Below are positions 48,582-58,367 of a stretch of 64,000 nucleotides of DNA, piece after piece (position 1 is the stretch's first letter; the number at the start of each line of letters is the position of its first letter). Made by a program: the position numbers and the translations under genes. The DNA is from Actinomycetes bacterium (GTDB lineage Bacteria > Actinomycetota > Actinomycetes > Actinomycetales > Cellulomonadaceae): positions 2,536 to 66,535 of the forward strand of contig JAJYSG010000004.1 in NCBI GenBank assembly GCA_021793675.1. The letters are read 5' to 3'. A model generated the notes under the pieces. The model did not search any database, was not told where the DNA came from, and saw only the letters and a program-made list of their open reading frames with translations.

Positions 48582-50143
48582 GCCAGGCTCCCGACGCGCT
48601 CCGGCAGCGGCGACGCGCTGCGGTCCCCGCGGACGCGCTTGGCCACCAGCTCGGCGCTGATGAGGCACATCGGCACGCCGATGCCGGGGATGGTGCTGCC
48701 GCCCGCGTACAGCAGGCCCCGCACGCGGCGCGACGCGTTGGGCGCTCGCAGCACCGCGCTCTGGCGCAGGGTGTGGGCAGGGCCGAGCGCGCTGCCGGAC
48801 CACGACCGCAGGTCGTCGGCGAAGTCGCCGGGCGCGACGGTCCGCCGCACGACGACGCGTTCGGCCAGGTCGCCCGCGCCGGTCCACGCCGCGATCCGCT
48901 CGATCGTGCGGTCGACGAACGCCTCGACGGGCGCGTCGCCCGCGCCGTCGACGCCGCCGTGCCCGAGCCCCGGGTCCGCCGGCACCGGCACCAGGACGAA
49001 GAGGTTCTCGTCGCCCTGTGGCGCCACGGTGGGGTCGGTCGCGCTCGGCCGGCCGATGTAGAGGGACGGCGAGGCGGGCAGCCCGCGGCCGCGGCGCAGC
49101 GCGGCGAAGCCGCCGTCCCAGTCGTCGGCGAGCAGCAGCGTGTGGTGCGCCAGCTGCGGCACCCGGCCGCGGACCCCGAGCATCGCCAGCACGGCGCCCG
49201 GGCCCGGGTCGCGCCGCCGCCACCACCGCTCGTCGAGGTCCCGGTGCTCGGGGGCCAGCAGGGTGGTCTGGGCGTGGTGCAGGTCGCCGGCGGCGACGAC
49301 GAGCTCGGCGTCCAGCCGGTGCTCGGCCCCGTGCTCGTCCTGGTACAGCACGCCCCGGGCGGCTCCGCGCTCGACGAGGATGCGGTGCACGGGCGCGCCT
49401 GTGACCAGCCGCGCCCCGGCGGCGGTCGCCAGCTCGGCGACGGACTCGACCACGCGCGCGAACCCGCCGTCCGGGTACCGCACCGCGTCGTCCACGTCGA
49501 GGTGGCTCATGAGGTGGTACATCGCCGGCACCCGCATGGGGGACCCGCCGAGGAACACCGCGGGGTAGCCGAGCAGCCGGCGCAGCCGGGGGTCGCGGGT
49601 GTGGGCGCGGATCTCGGCGTCCAGCGAGCGGCCGAGCAGCCCGACCAGGCGGGGGAGCCGGGCCAGCAGCTGCCGGTCGAGGAACGGGCCCAGGGAGTCG
49701 AACGAGCTGTAGAGGAACCGGTCGATCGCCAGCCGGTAGGTCGCCGAGGCGGAGTCGAGGTAGCGCTCCAGGCCGGCGGCGGAGCCGGGGTCGAGGCCCA
49801 GCAGCGCCGCCCGCGCCGCGGGGCCGCCCGCCGGCAGGTCGAACGGCTCGGGATCGCCCTCGAAGTAGGCGCGGTAGCCCGGGTCGAGGGTGCGCAGCAC
49901 CAGCTGTTCGTCGGCGGACGTGCCCAGCAGCCGGTAGAAGTGGTCGAACACCTCGGGCATGAGGTACCACGAGGGCCCGGTGTCGAACCGGAACCCGCCC
50001 TGCTCCCAGGACCCGGCCCGGCCGCCGAGCCGCGGCAGCGCCTCGAGCAGCGTGACCCGGTGACCGTCCGCGGCGAGCAGGGCGGCGGCGGCCAGGCCCG
50101 CGACACCCCCGCCGATGACGACGGTCTCCAGCGGCCGGCTCAC
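48578..50143 (-). CDS. crtI: Phytoene desaturase
   Basis: IGGGVAGL, FDTGPSWYLMP, HTLRQS, PGIGVPMCLIS. Confidence 0.96.
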   Translation of the reverse strand: MSRPLETVVIGGGVAGLAAAALLAADGHRVTLLEALPRLGGRAGSWEQGGFRFDTGPSWYLMPEVFDHFYRLLGTSADEQLVLRTLDPGYRAYFEGDPEPFDLPAGGPAARAALLGLDPGSAAGLERYLDSASATYRLAIDRFLYSSFDSLGPFLDRQLLARLPRLVGLLGRSLDAEIRAHTRDPRLRRLLGYPAVFLGGSPMRVPAMYHLMSHLDVDDAVRYPDGGFARVVESVAELATAAGARLVTGAPVHRILVERGAARGVLYQDEHGAEHRLDAELVVAAGDLHHAQTTLLAPEHRDLDERWWRRRDPGPGAVLAMLGVRGRVPQLAHHTLLLADDWDGGFAALRRGRGLPASPSLYIGRPSATDPTVAPQGDENLFVLVPVPADPGLGHGGVDGAGDAPVEAFVDRTIERIAAWTGAGDLAERVVVRRTVAPGDFADDLRSWSGSALGPAHTLRQSAVLRAPNASRRVRGLLYAGGSTIPGIGVPMCLISAELVAKRVRGDRSASPLPERVGSLA

Positions 50144-51012
50144 GCCGCGACCCCCGGCGCGAGCGACCACCGCACCGCCAGCGCGACCTTCACCGGCGCC
50201 GGCACCGAGACCCGCACGTGGGCGAGCCGGTCGGCCGGCAGCCGGTCGATGCGCCGCAGCAGCTCGCCGAAGATCGCGGTGGCGACGAGCACCGCGCGGC
50301 GGCAGTCCGCCGGCAGGTGCCGCACCGCGCCCCGGGCGGCCCGCAGGTCCGCCCGGATGTCCGCGACGACGGCCGCCTTGGCCTGCTCGGTCAGCCCGGG
50401 GCGGGAGCCGGGCAGGTAGGCACGGCCGAGCCGCTGCCGGTCGTCGCCGACGTCGCGCAGGAAGTTCACCTTCTGGAACGCTGCGCCCAGGCGCGCCGCC
50501 CCCTCGTCGAGCGCCGCGCCGACCGCCGGGTCCACCGGCCGTCCCGCGAGGAACACCCGCAGGCACATCAGCCCGACGACCTCCGCCGAGCCGTGCACGT
50601 AGCTGCGGTACGCGTCGTCGTCGAACGCCACCTCGTCCAGGTCCCGCCGCATCGACGCGAAGAACGCCCTGGTCAGGGCGGGTTCGATGGCGCAGCCGCG
50701 GACCACCGCGGCGAACGCGTGGACGACGAGGTTCGCGGAGAAACCGGTGGCGACGGCGCGCCCGGTCTCGGCCTCGAGGTCGTCGAGCAGCCGGCGCTGC
50801 GCCGTCCGGTCGAGCCCGGCCTCCGCGGCCGTGCCGTCGACGACCTCATCGGCGATCCGCACCAGGGCGTAGATCGACGCGATGGCTCCCCGGCAGCGGC
50901 GCGGGAACAGGCCGGTCGCCAGCCGGAACGACGTGGAGTACCGGCGGATCACCGGGGCGGCGGCCAGGTGCGCGGTGCCGCTGTACAGCGCGAGCCCGGT
51001 CGCGCGGCTCAT
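50140..51012 (-). CDS. crtB: Phytoene synthase
   Basis: YSTSF, RIADEVVD, GSAEVVGLM, FQKVNFLRD. Confidence 0.96.
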   Translation of the reverse strand: MSRATGLALYSGTAHLAAAPVIRRYSTSFRLATGLFPRRCRGAIASIYALVRIADEVVDGTAAEAGLDRTAQRRLLDDLEAETGRAVATGFSANLVVHAFAAVVRGCAIEPALTRAFFASMRRDLDEVAFDDDAYRSYVHGSAEVVGLMCLRVFLAGRPVDPAVGAALDEGAARLGAAFQKVNFLRDVGDDRQRLGRAYLPGSRPGLTEQAKAAVVADIRADLRAARGAVRHLPADCRRAVLVATAIFGELLRRIDRLPADRLAHVRVSVPAPVKVALAVRWSLAPGVAA

Positions 51013-52181
51013 GACCGGCGCTCCGCGGCCCGGTCCGCCTCACGGGCGAGCAGCCGCGCCAGCCCCGTCGGCAGGCCGGCCCGCTCGACGAGACGCAGCG
51101 CGGCGTCCCGTTCGTCGTGCAGCTCCTGCTCGGCCCGCCGCCGCGCGCCGGAGCCCTCCAGGGCGTGGCGCAGCCGGTCGGCGTCCTGCTCGTCCAGGTC
51201 GGGGCGTCCGAACAGGTGCTCGACCGCCTGCCACGGCCCGGTGCCGCGGGCCGCCGCCACGAGGAGCGTCTGCTTGCCCTCTCGCAGGTCGTTGGACGCG
51301 CTCTTGCCGGTCTCGGCGCTCCGGCCGAACACCCCGAGCAGGTCGTCGCGCATCTGGAACACGACGCCGAGGGACCGTCCGACGTCCCCGAGCCGGTCGA
51401 CGAGCGCGGCGGGCGAGCCCGCGAGGATCGCCGCGGCACGCAGCGGCAGCTCCAGGGAGTAGTACGCCGTCTTGTCCGCCATCGTGTCCCTGATCTGCGC
51501 CGGCGTCGGGATCACCAGGCCGGCGGCGTAGGCGACGTCGGCGAGCTCACCGGCGGCTGCGCGGAACACGCTCTCGTCGACCAGCTCCACGAGCTGCGCC
51601 CGACGCGCCGCGTCGACGTCCAGGCGAGCGGCGATGCCCAGCGCCGACGTGAGCATGAGGTCCCCGGCGAGCAGCGCGGCGTGCTCGCCCCACCGCCGCG
51701 CCGGGTGCGCGGGCAGGCCGCCGGCGGCGCCGACGGCCGCGAACGTGCCCACCACGTTGGGTGCGCCGCGGCGCTGCACGTCGCCGTCGATGACGTCGTC
51801 GTGCACCAGGAGGGCCGTGTGCAGCAGCTCGACCGCCACCGCGAGCTCGATCGCGGGCTCCAGCCGGGTGCCGCCCAGGTGCAGGAAGGCGCCGAGCAGC
51901 AGCCGCGGGCGCAGCCGCTTGCCGCCGTGCGTCGCGGCCTGCAACGCGCCCCACAGCTGCGAGTAGGGCCCGGCGTGCCGGCCGGCCCGGGTCACCTGCT
52001 CGTCGAAGAACCTGTCGAGCCGCCGTTCGGTCTCGACGAGTGCCGCGGACAGCGTCGGCAGCACCACCGGGCCGGCGTGGCGGGGTCGTGCCGCGTCGCT
52101 CGCGGGCCGGCGCCGCCCGGTCGGCAGCTCCGGACCCGCCGGCTCCCGCGGGCCGAGGCCCGGGGCGGTCTCGGCGCTCAT
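51009..52181 (-). CDS. crtE: Geranylgeranyl diphosphate synthase
   Basis: GGKRLRP, HDDVID..RRG, KTAYYS, FQMRDD, DLREGK. Confidence 0.93.
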   Translation of the reverse strand: MSAETAPGLGPREPAGPELPTGRRRPASDAARPRHAGPVVLPTLSAALVETERRLDRFFDEQVTRAGRHAGPYSQLWGALQAATHGGKRLRPRLLLGAFLHLGGTRLEPAIELAVAVELLHTALLVHDDVIDGDVQRRGAPNVVGTFAAVGAAGGLPAHPARRWGEHAALLAGDLMLTSALGIAARLDVDAARRAQLVELVDESVFRAAAGELADVAYAAGLVIPTPAQIRDTMADKTAYYSLELPLRAAAILAGSPAALVDRLGDVGRSLGVVFQMRDDLLGVFGRSAETGKSASNDLREGKQTLLVAAARGTGPWQAVEHLFGRPDLDEQDADRLRHALEGSGARRRAEQELHDERDAALRLVERAGLPTGLARLLAREADRAAERRS

Positions 52182-52717
52182 GCGGCGCTCCGTGCGGGGC
52201 CGGCGACCGCCGGGTCGAGCTCGGCGAGCTGCCGCACCAGCCACGGGCTGAACGCCCACGGCGCCAGGCGCGCCGCGCGGGCCAGGTCGGCCGGCGCCAC
52301 CCACGCGTGCTCCAGCACCTCGTCGGGCGCCGGGTCCGGGTCGCCCAGGGGACGGGCGCGGAACACCGGGCACACCTCGTTCTCCACCACGCCCGAGGGG
52401 TCGACCGCCCGGTACCGGAAGTCGGGCAGCAGCGGCGCCAGGTCGGTCAGCTCGACACCCAGCTCGCGCCGCGCGTGGCGGCGCACCGCGTCGTCGGTCG
52501 GCTCGTCCGGGCGGGGGTGGCCGCAGAAGGAGTTGGTCCATACGCCGGGCCAGGTGCGCTTGGTCAGCGCGCGCCGCGTGACGAGCAGCCGGCCGGCGTC
52601 GTCGTACAGGTAGCAGGAGAAGGCGAGGTGCAGCGGGGTCGCGAGGCCGTGCACGTCCGCCTTGGGCGCCGTGCCGATCGGTTCGCCCGCGTCCGAGACC
52701 AGGACGACATGGTCCAT
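52178..52717 (-). CDS. idi: Isopentenyl-diphosphate delta-isomerase type 1
   Basis: LHLAFS, WTNSFCGHP, ENEVCP, FSPW. Confidence 0.96.
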   Translation of the reverse strand: MDHVVLVSDAGEPIGTAPKADVHGLATPLHLAFSCYLYDDAGRLLVTRRALTKRTWPGVWTNSFCGHPRPDEPTDDAVRRHARRELGVELTDLAPLLPDFRYRAVDPSGVVENEVCPVFRARPLGDPDPAPDEVLEHAWVAPADLARAARLAPWAFSPWLVRQLAELDPAVAGPARSAA

Positions 52718-52747
52718 GACTCACCTCCGTAGTTTCGCTAGCCAGGA

Positions 52748-52770
52748 TAGTAGCCTCCGGAAGGCAACTA
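52748..52770. promoter_or_regulatory. Imperfect inverted repeat in idi/MarR divergent spacer, probable MarR operator
   Basis: TAGTAGCCT-CCGGA-AGGCAACTA (8/9). Confidence 0.55.
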
Positions 52771-52794
52771 TGCGAGAAGGGGTAGCGTTCTGCC

Positions 52795-53361
52795 ATGCCA
52801 ACCGAGGCGGAGATCCCCGAGATCGCCCAGGGTTTCCACGACCCGCGGGTCGTCGACCGCGCCGGCCGGCTGGTCGCCACCGAGGGGCTCGACGAGGCCG
52901 AGGTCGCCGAGGTGGTGCGGGTCATGGACGCGCTGTTCCGGTGGCGCACCGCCGAGCAGCGGGCCAGCGCGGCGTCCCGCCGCTACATGCAGCTCGGCGA
53001 GACCGACATGAAGGCGCTGCGCTTCGTCATCGTCCGCACCGACCAGGGCCGGACCGTCACCGCGCGCGACATCGCCGAGCACCTCGGGATCTCCAGCGCG
53101 TCGACGACGAAGCTGCTGGACCGGCTGGAGCACGGTGGCCACATCCGCCGCACGCCGCACCCGTCCGACCGTCGCGCGATCGCGGTGGTGGTCACCCCGC
53201 AGACCCGGCGCGCCGCCGAGGAGACGGTCGGCCGCGAGCACGCGCGCCGGTTCCAGGTCGCCGCAGCGCTGCGCCCCGCCGAGCGGGAGGTCGTCATCGA
53301 CTTCCTCGAGCGGCTGAGCGCGACGAGCGAGGAGAGCTGGGCCGCACCGACCGCGCCGTGA
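52795..53361 (+). CDS. crtR: MarR family regulator, CrtR-like
   Basis: MQLGETDMKALR, ISSASTTKLLDRLE, PHPSDRRA; divergent from crt operon as in corynebacterial CrtR. Confidence 0.8.
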   Translation: MPTEAEIPEIAQGFHDPRVVDRAGRLVATEGLDEAEVAEVVRVMDALFRWRTAEQRASAASRRYMQLGETDMKALRFVIVRTDQGRTVTARDIAEHLGISSASTTKLLDRLEHGGHIRRTPHPSDRRAIAVVVTPQTRRAAEETVGREHARRFQVAAALRPAEREVVIDFLERLSATSEESWAAPTAP

Positions 53362-53411
53362 CGCGCGGCTCGCCGTCACGGTGCTGGTTCCAGCAGGGCG
53401 CTGACCACCGT

Positions 53412-53491
53412 GTTTCCAGTGCGTTACGGGAAACTCGCCGGGAGGCCTCGCGGTCGGAGGAATCCGTACTCACCGGTATCGACTTAGTAAC
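53412..53491. promoter_or_regulatory. Two GlnR/MtrA-like boxes upstream of peptide ABC operon
   Basis: Minus-strand reading GTAAC-N6-GAAAC (53412-53427) and GTTAC-N6-GATAC (53476-53491). Confidence 0.6.
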
Positions 53492-53636
53492 GATTCGATG
53501 GCCGTGTCCGGCCTGCCCGATTCGTCCTATCTGGACACGACTACGGTTTCTACAACCTGTGGCGGACCAGTGCCTGCCCCTCACCCCCCTGCGGGGCGAT
53601 CGGCCGGACCCGCCAGCTCCCTTCCCTGGAGGAACC

Positions 53637-55484
53637 TTGAAGATCAGGCGAATCAGCGCGGCGGCCGCCTTCGTGGCCGTTGGCGCGGTCGTCCTCGCGG
53701 CGTGCTCGAACGCGCCCGGGAACACCACGCCGTCGGCGTCCGGCACCAGCGGCGCGACCGCGGGCACGGCCATCGGCGGCACCATCCGCGTCGCGGAGAC
53801 GAACGCCTTCACGACGTTCAACCCCCTGACCAGCTCGGGCAACACCGACATCAACAACAAGGTCGTCGAGTACCCGACCCGGGCGTGGTTCAACTACGTC
53901 GAGGGCCCCACCCTCAAGATCGTCAAGGACCCGTCGTTCGGCACCTACCAGGTGCTGAGCAAGGACCCGCTCACGGTCAAGTACACGGTCAACAAGGGCG
54001 TGACCTGGTCCGACGGTGTCCAGGTGGACGCCTCCGACCTGCTGCTGGCGTGGGCGGTCGACTCCGGTCACTACAACTCGCCGGGTGCCGACGGCAAGTC
54101 CGGCACCAAGGACGACGTCAACTACTTCGACTACGCGGGTGACACCACCACGCTGGGCCTGACGTCGTTCCCCGAGATCAGCGCCGACAACATGTCGATG
54201 ACGCTGACCTACTCCAAGCCCGCCGCCGACTGGGAGATCGCGCTGCAGGCCGACGAGCCCGCGCACGTCGTGGCCAAGCACGCCGGCCTTGCCGACACCC
54301 AGGCCCTGGACGACCTGTTCAAGAAGCTCGCGGACACGGCGCCCAAGGCGACCGCGCCGGACCCCGAGCTCAAGAAGGTCGCGGACTTCTGGAACAAGGG
54401 CTTCGACACCACGACGCTCCCGAGCGACCCGTCGCTGTACCTGTCGTCCGGCCCCTTCGTCGTCTCGGACATCCAGGAGAACCAGTCCGTCACGCTGATC
54501 CCGAACCCGAAGTACACGGGTGACCTCAAGCCGCACGTCTCGCAGATCGTCATGCGGACCATCCCCGACGCGACCGCCGCGATCCAGGCCCTGCAGAACG
54601 GCGAGGTCGACGTCGTGGCGCCGCAGTCGACGGCCGACACGATGACCGCGCTCAAGGCGCTCAGTGGCATCAAGGTCATCACGGGCGACCAGCTGGCGTT
54701 CGACCACATCGACCTGACGTTCAACAACAAGGGTCCGTTCGACCCGGCCACGTACGGTGGGGACGCCGCCAAGGCTCTCAAGGTCCGCCAGGCGTTCCTC
54801 AAGACGATCCCGCGTCAGCAGATCCTCGACGCCGTCGTCACGCCGCAGAACCCGAACGCGAAGGTGCTCAACTCGCAGATCTTCGTGCCGGCGCAGGCCG
54901 CTTACGCTCCCGATGTCGCCAACAACGGCTCGGCCGCGTACGCCAGCGTCGACATCCCGGGCGCCAAGCAGCTGCTGCAGGAGGCCGGGGTCACCAGCCC
55001 GACCGTGCGCATCATGTACAACGTCGACAACCCGAACCGCCTGAACGCCTACACGCTCATCGCGGAGTCCGCGTCCAAGGCCGGCTTCAAGGTCGTCGAC
55101 GACGCCCAGCCGAAGGACAAGTGGGGCGGCATCCTGGGTGACGGCTCGTACGACGCGTCGATCTTCGGCTGGGTCCAGCCGGGCGTCGGCGTCTCGGGCA
55201 CGCCGCAGCTGTACAAGACCAACGGTGGCGGCAACTACAACGGCTACTCGAACCCGCAGGTGGACCAGCTGTGCGACCAGCTGACCGTCGAGCTCGACCC
55301 GGCCAAGCAGACCCAGCTGCAGACGCAGATCGACTCGCTGCTGTTCCCCGACGCCTACGGCCTGCCGCTGTTCCAGTCCCCGGGTGTCGTGGCCGTCTCC
55401 GACAAGGTCGGGGGCATGGACCAGTACAACTCCACGCAGTCCGGCGTGTGGTGGAACACGTGGGAGTGGACGATCAGCCAGTGA
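53637..55484 (+). CDS. Peptide/nickel ABC substrate-binding lipoprotein (family 5)
   Basis: GGAGG RBS before TTG, lipobox LAAC, WSDG, SSGPF, VRQAF. Confidence 0.93.
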   Translation: MKIRRISAAAAFVAVGAVVLAACSNAPGNTTPSASGTSGATAGTAIGGTIRVAETNAFTTFNPLTSSGNTDINNKVVEYPTRAWFNYVEGPTLKIVKDPSFGTYQVLSKDPLTVKYTVNKGVTWSDGVQVDASDLLLAWAVDSGHYNSPGADGKSGTKDDVNYFDYAGDTTTLGLTSFPEISADNMSMTLTYSKPAADWEIALQADEPAHVVAKHAGLADTQALDDLFKKLADTAPKATAPDPELKKVADFWNKGFDTTTLPSDPSLYLSSGPFVVSDIQENQSVTLIPNPKYTGDLKPHVSQIVMRTIPDATAAIQALQNGEVDVVAPQSTADTMTALKALSGIKVITGDQLAFDHIDLTFNNKGPFDPATYGGDAAKALKVRQAFLKTIPRQQILDAVVTPQNPNAKVLNSQIFVPAQAAYAPDVANNGSAAYASVDIPGAKQLLQEAGVTSPTVRIMYNVDNPNRLNAYTLIAESASKAGFKVVDDAQPKDKWGGILGDGSYDASIFGWVQPGVGVSGTPQLYKTNGGGNYNGYSNPQVDQLCDQLTVELDPAKQTQLQTQIDSLLFPDAYGLPLFQSPGVVAVSDKVGGMDQYNSTQSGVWWNTWEWTISQ

Positions 55485-55516
55485 CGCTGTGCTGACGGCT
55501 TCTGCTGTGTGACCTA

Positions 55517-55560
55517 GGACGGCGTCGGGAGGGCTCGCCCTCCCGACGCCGTCCGTCCTT
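55517..55560 (+). terminator. Hairpin with 18-bp arms after SBP gene (terminator or mRNA stabiliser)
   Basis: GGACGGCGTCGGGAGGGC-TC-GCCCTCCCGACGCCGTCC. Confidence 0.85.
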
Positions 55561-55720
55561 CTGGTCCGGGTCCACGCATCGAGACGCTAGAGTCGTGTCC
55601 CAGTTCGCCGAGCGCCCTGGTGCCCGGCGGGTTCCCCTGTCCACCCGGTCGCGGTGAACCGCGACCCCCCGCGCGGTCGCGCCGCACAACGGCGTGCCGT
55701 CGCGCGAGAGCGAGAAGTTG

Positions 55721-57250
55721 ATGGCCTCATACCTGCTGCGACGCCTCGGTGTGTCGCTGCTCATCCTGCTCGGGGCGTCGTTCCTCGTGTACATGCTGGT
55801 CTCCGTCAGCGGTGACCCGCTCATGGAGTATCGGGCGTCGAACAAGCCGAACAAGGAACAGCTGATGCAGGCGCGCATCGCGCTGCTGCACCTGAACATC
55901 CCGGCACCCGCGCGGTACTTCATCTGGCTGTCCGGCGCCGTCAAGTGCGTCGTGCCGGGCAAGTGCGACCTCGGCAAGGCGATCTCCGGCCAGCCCGTCA
56001 CGGCGGCGCTGGCATCGGCCATCCCGTCGACGTTGCAGCTGGTGACCGCGGCCATCCTGCTCGCGATCATCATCGGCATCGCGATCGGCATCGTCACCGC
56101 GCTGCGCCAGTACTCGGGCTTCGACTACACGGTGACGTTCGTCACCTTCCTCTTCTTCTCGCTGCCGAGCTTCTGGGTCGCCGTGCTGCTCAAGGAGTTC
56201 GGCGCGATCCGGTTCAACACCTTCCTCGGCCACCCGACGATCGGGCTGACCGCGCTCCTCGTCATCGCCCTGCTCAGCGGCGTGGTGTGGGCGCTCATCA
56301 TCGGCGGCACCTGGAAGCGCCGGGGGGTGACGTTCGTCATCGCCGCGGCCGCGGCCGCCGCGGTCACCGAGTACCTGAGCGTCAGCAAGTGGTTCCTCTA
56401 CCCCGGGCTGGGCGTGGTGCTCATCGTGGTGTTCGGCGTGGCGATCGCAGTCGGTGTCACCGTGCTGCTCGCGGGCCTGCAGCACCGGCGGGCGCTGTAC
56501 GCCTCGCTCATCACGGTGGCGCTGGGCGTCATCGCCATGTACGCGTTGCGGCCGGTGCTCAACCAGGCCTCGTTCTGGACCATCGTGCTGCTCGGCCTCG
56601 CCGCGATCGCTGCCGGGCTCGTCGTCGGCTGGCTCCTGGGGGGCTACGACCGGGGGCAGTCGATGAAGGCGGCGGCGCTGACGAGCTTCCTGGTGGCGGC
56701 CCTCGTGCTGCTCGACCGGTTCATGATCAGCTGGCCGCAGTACGTCAACCTGGCGAACGGACGGCCGATCGGCACCATCGGCGCCGCCACCCCGAACCTG
56801 CAGGGCGACTTCTGGATCACCGGCCTGGACAAGTTCAGCCACCTGGTGCTGCCGACGACCGCGCTGCTGCTCATCTCGCTCGCGTCGTACACCCGGTACT
56901 CACGCGCCTCGATGCTCGAGGTCATGGGTCAGGACTACGTCCGGACCGCACGCGCCAAGGGCCTGTCCGAGCGGGTGGTCGTGACGCGGCACGCGTTCCG
57001 CAACGCACTCATCCCGCTGGCCACGGTCGTCGCGTTCGACATCGGCCAGCTGCTCGGCGGCGCGGTCATCACCGAGAACGTGTTCTCCATCAAGGGCATG
57101 GGGCAGCTGTTCATCCAAGGGCTGCAGCGGCAGGACCCGAACCCGGTCATGGGCACGTTCCTCGTCGTGGCCATCAGCGCCGTCTCCTTCAACCTCATCG
57201 CCGACCTCGCGTACTCGGCGCTCGACCCGCGTGTGAGGGTGACCGCATGA
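55721..57250 (+). CDS. Peptide ABC permease (OppB-like, extra TM helices)
   Basis: YLLRRL, QDYVRTARAKGL, HAFRNAL, LDPRVR. Confidence 0.93.
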   Translation: MASYLLRRLGVSLLILLGASFLVYMLVSVSGDPLMEYRASNKPNKEQLMQARIALLHLNIPAPARYFIWLSGAVKCVVPGKCDLGKAISGQPVTAALASAIPSTLQLVTAAILLAIIIGIAIGIVTALRQYSGFDYTVTFVTFLFFSLPSFWVAVLLKEFGAIRFNTFLGHPTIGLTALLVIALLSGVVWALIIGGTWKRRGVTFVIAAAAAAAVTEYLSVSKWFLYPGLGVVLIVVFGVAIAVGVTVLLAGLQHRRALYASLITVALGVIAMYALRPVLNQASFWTIVLLGLAAIAAGLVVGWLLGGYDRGQSMKAAALTSFLVAALVLLDRFMISWPQYVNLANGRPIGTIGAATPNLQGDFWITGLDKFSHLVLPTTALLLISLASYTRYSRASMLEVMGQDYVRTARAKGLSERVVVTRHAFRNALIPLATVVAFDIGQLLGGAVITENVFSIKGMGQLFIQGLQRQDPNPVMGTFLVVAISAVSFNLIADLAYSALDPRVRVTA

Positions 57251-58353
57251 GCAGCCAGCAGCCGGACCGTCTCACCGACACGCTGGACAGCCGTGAGGTC
57301 CCGGAGGACGTCAAGGGCCTGTCGCAGGGCGCGTTGGTCCGCAAGCGGTTCCTCGGGCACACCGGCGCGATCGTCTCGCTCGTCCTGCTCGCCCTGGTCG
57401 TCATCCTGGCGATCACGTCGGTGGGTGTCGGCTTCCACGGCTGGTGGAAGTACAACTGGCGGCAGACGCCGGACATCGTCAACGGGGGCCACCCGACCCT
57501 CAAGCTGTTCCCGCCGTCGCTGGGCGACCACCCGTTCGGCCAGGACACCGTCGGGCGCGACTACTTCGCCATGACGATGCGCGGTGCACAGATCTCGCTG
57601 CTGGTCACCGTGATGGTCGGCGTGATCTCCGGCTTCGTCGGCGTCGTCATCGGCGCGCTGTCCGGCTTCTTCCGCGGCTGGCTCGAGTCGGTGCTCATGC
57701 GGTTCACCGACATCGTCATCATCATCCCGCTGCTGCTGCTGGGCGGCGTCGTCGCCTACAACTCCAAGGCCAACGTCTTCGTGCTCGGTGGGTTGCTCGG
57801 CCTGACCGCGTGGACCGGCATGGCACGGCTGGTGCGCGGCGACTTCCTGTCGCTGCGCGAGCGTGAGTTCGTGGACGCCGCACGGCTGGCCGGAGCCTCC
57901 AACGGCCGGATCATCTTCAAGCACATCCTGCCGAACGCGATCGGCGTCATCACGGTCAACACGACGCTGCTCATGAGCTCGGCGATCCTGCTGGAGACGT
58001 CGCTGTCGTACCTCGGCATGGGCGTGCGGCCGCCGGACACGTCGCTCGGCCGGCTCATCAGCGACAACCAGGCGGCGTTCTCCACCCGGCCGTGGCTGTT
58101 CTGGTGGCCCGGGCTGTTCATCGTGATCATCTGCCTGTGCATCAACTTCGTCGGCGACGGCTTGCGCGACGCGTTCGACCCGCGCCAGAAGAAGCTGGTG
58201 CTCAAGCGCGTCAAGGAGCCGGACCACGACCCCCTGCTCGAGGCGACGCAGGCCAGCGCGCTGCCGGGGATGCCGCTGAGCGAGATCGTCGCCCCACCCA
58301 CCGCAGCGGGCGGCTCCACCACGACGATCGACCTCGACGAAGGCGGCCGGTGA
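57247..58353 (+). CDS. Peptide ABC permease (OppC-like)
   Basis: HPFGQDTVGRD, EFVDAARLAGA, HILPN, GDGLRDAFDP. Confidence 0.95.
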   Translation: MSSQQPDRLTDTLDSREVPEDVKGLSQGALVRKRFLGHTGAIVSLVLLALVVILAITSVGVGFHGWWKYNWRQTPDIVNGGHPTLKLFPPSLGDHPFGQDTVGRDYFAMTMRGAQISLLVTVMVGVISGFVGVVIGALSGFFRGWLESVLMRFTDIVIIIPLLLLGGVVAYNSKANVFVLGGLLGLTAWTGMARLVRGDFLSLREREFVDAARLAGASNGRIIFKHILPNAIGVITVNTTLLMSSAILLETSLSYLGMGVRPPDTSLGRLISDNQAAFSTRPWLFWWPGLFIVIICLCINFVGDGLRDAFDPRQKKLVLKRVKEPDHDPLLEATQASALPGMPLSEIVAPPTAAGGSTTTIDLDEGGR

Positions 58354-58367
58354 CCGGCCGGGCGGCC

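Noticed and set aside
55721-57250. Unusually long OppB-like permease as a possible fusion
   Set aside because: The extra length is additional hydrophobic helices, a form I recall from other Micrococcales; no separate domain seen.
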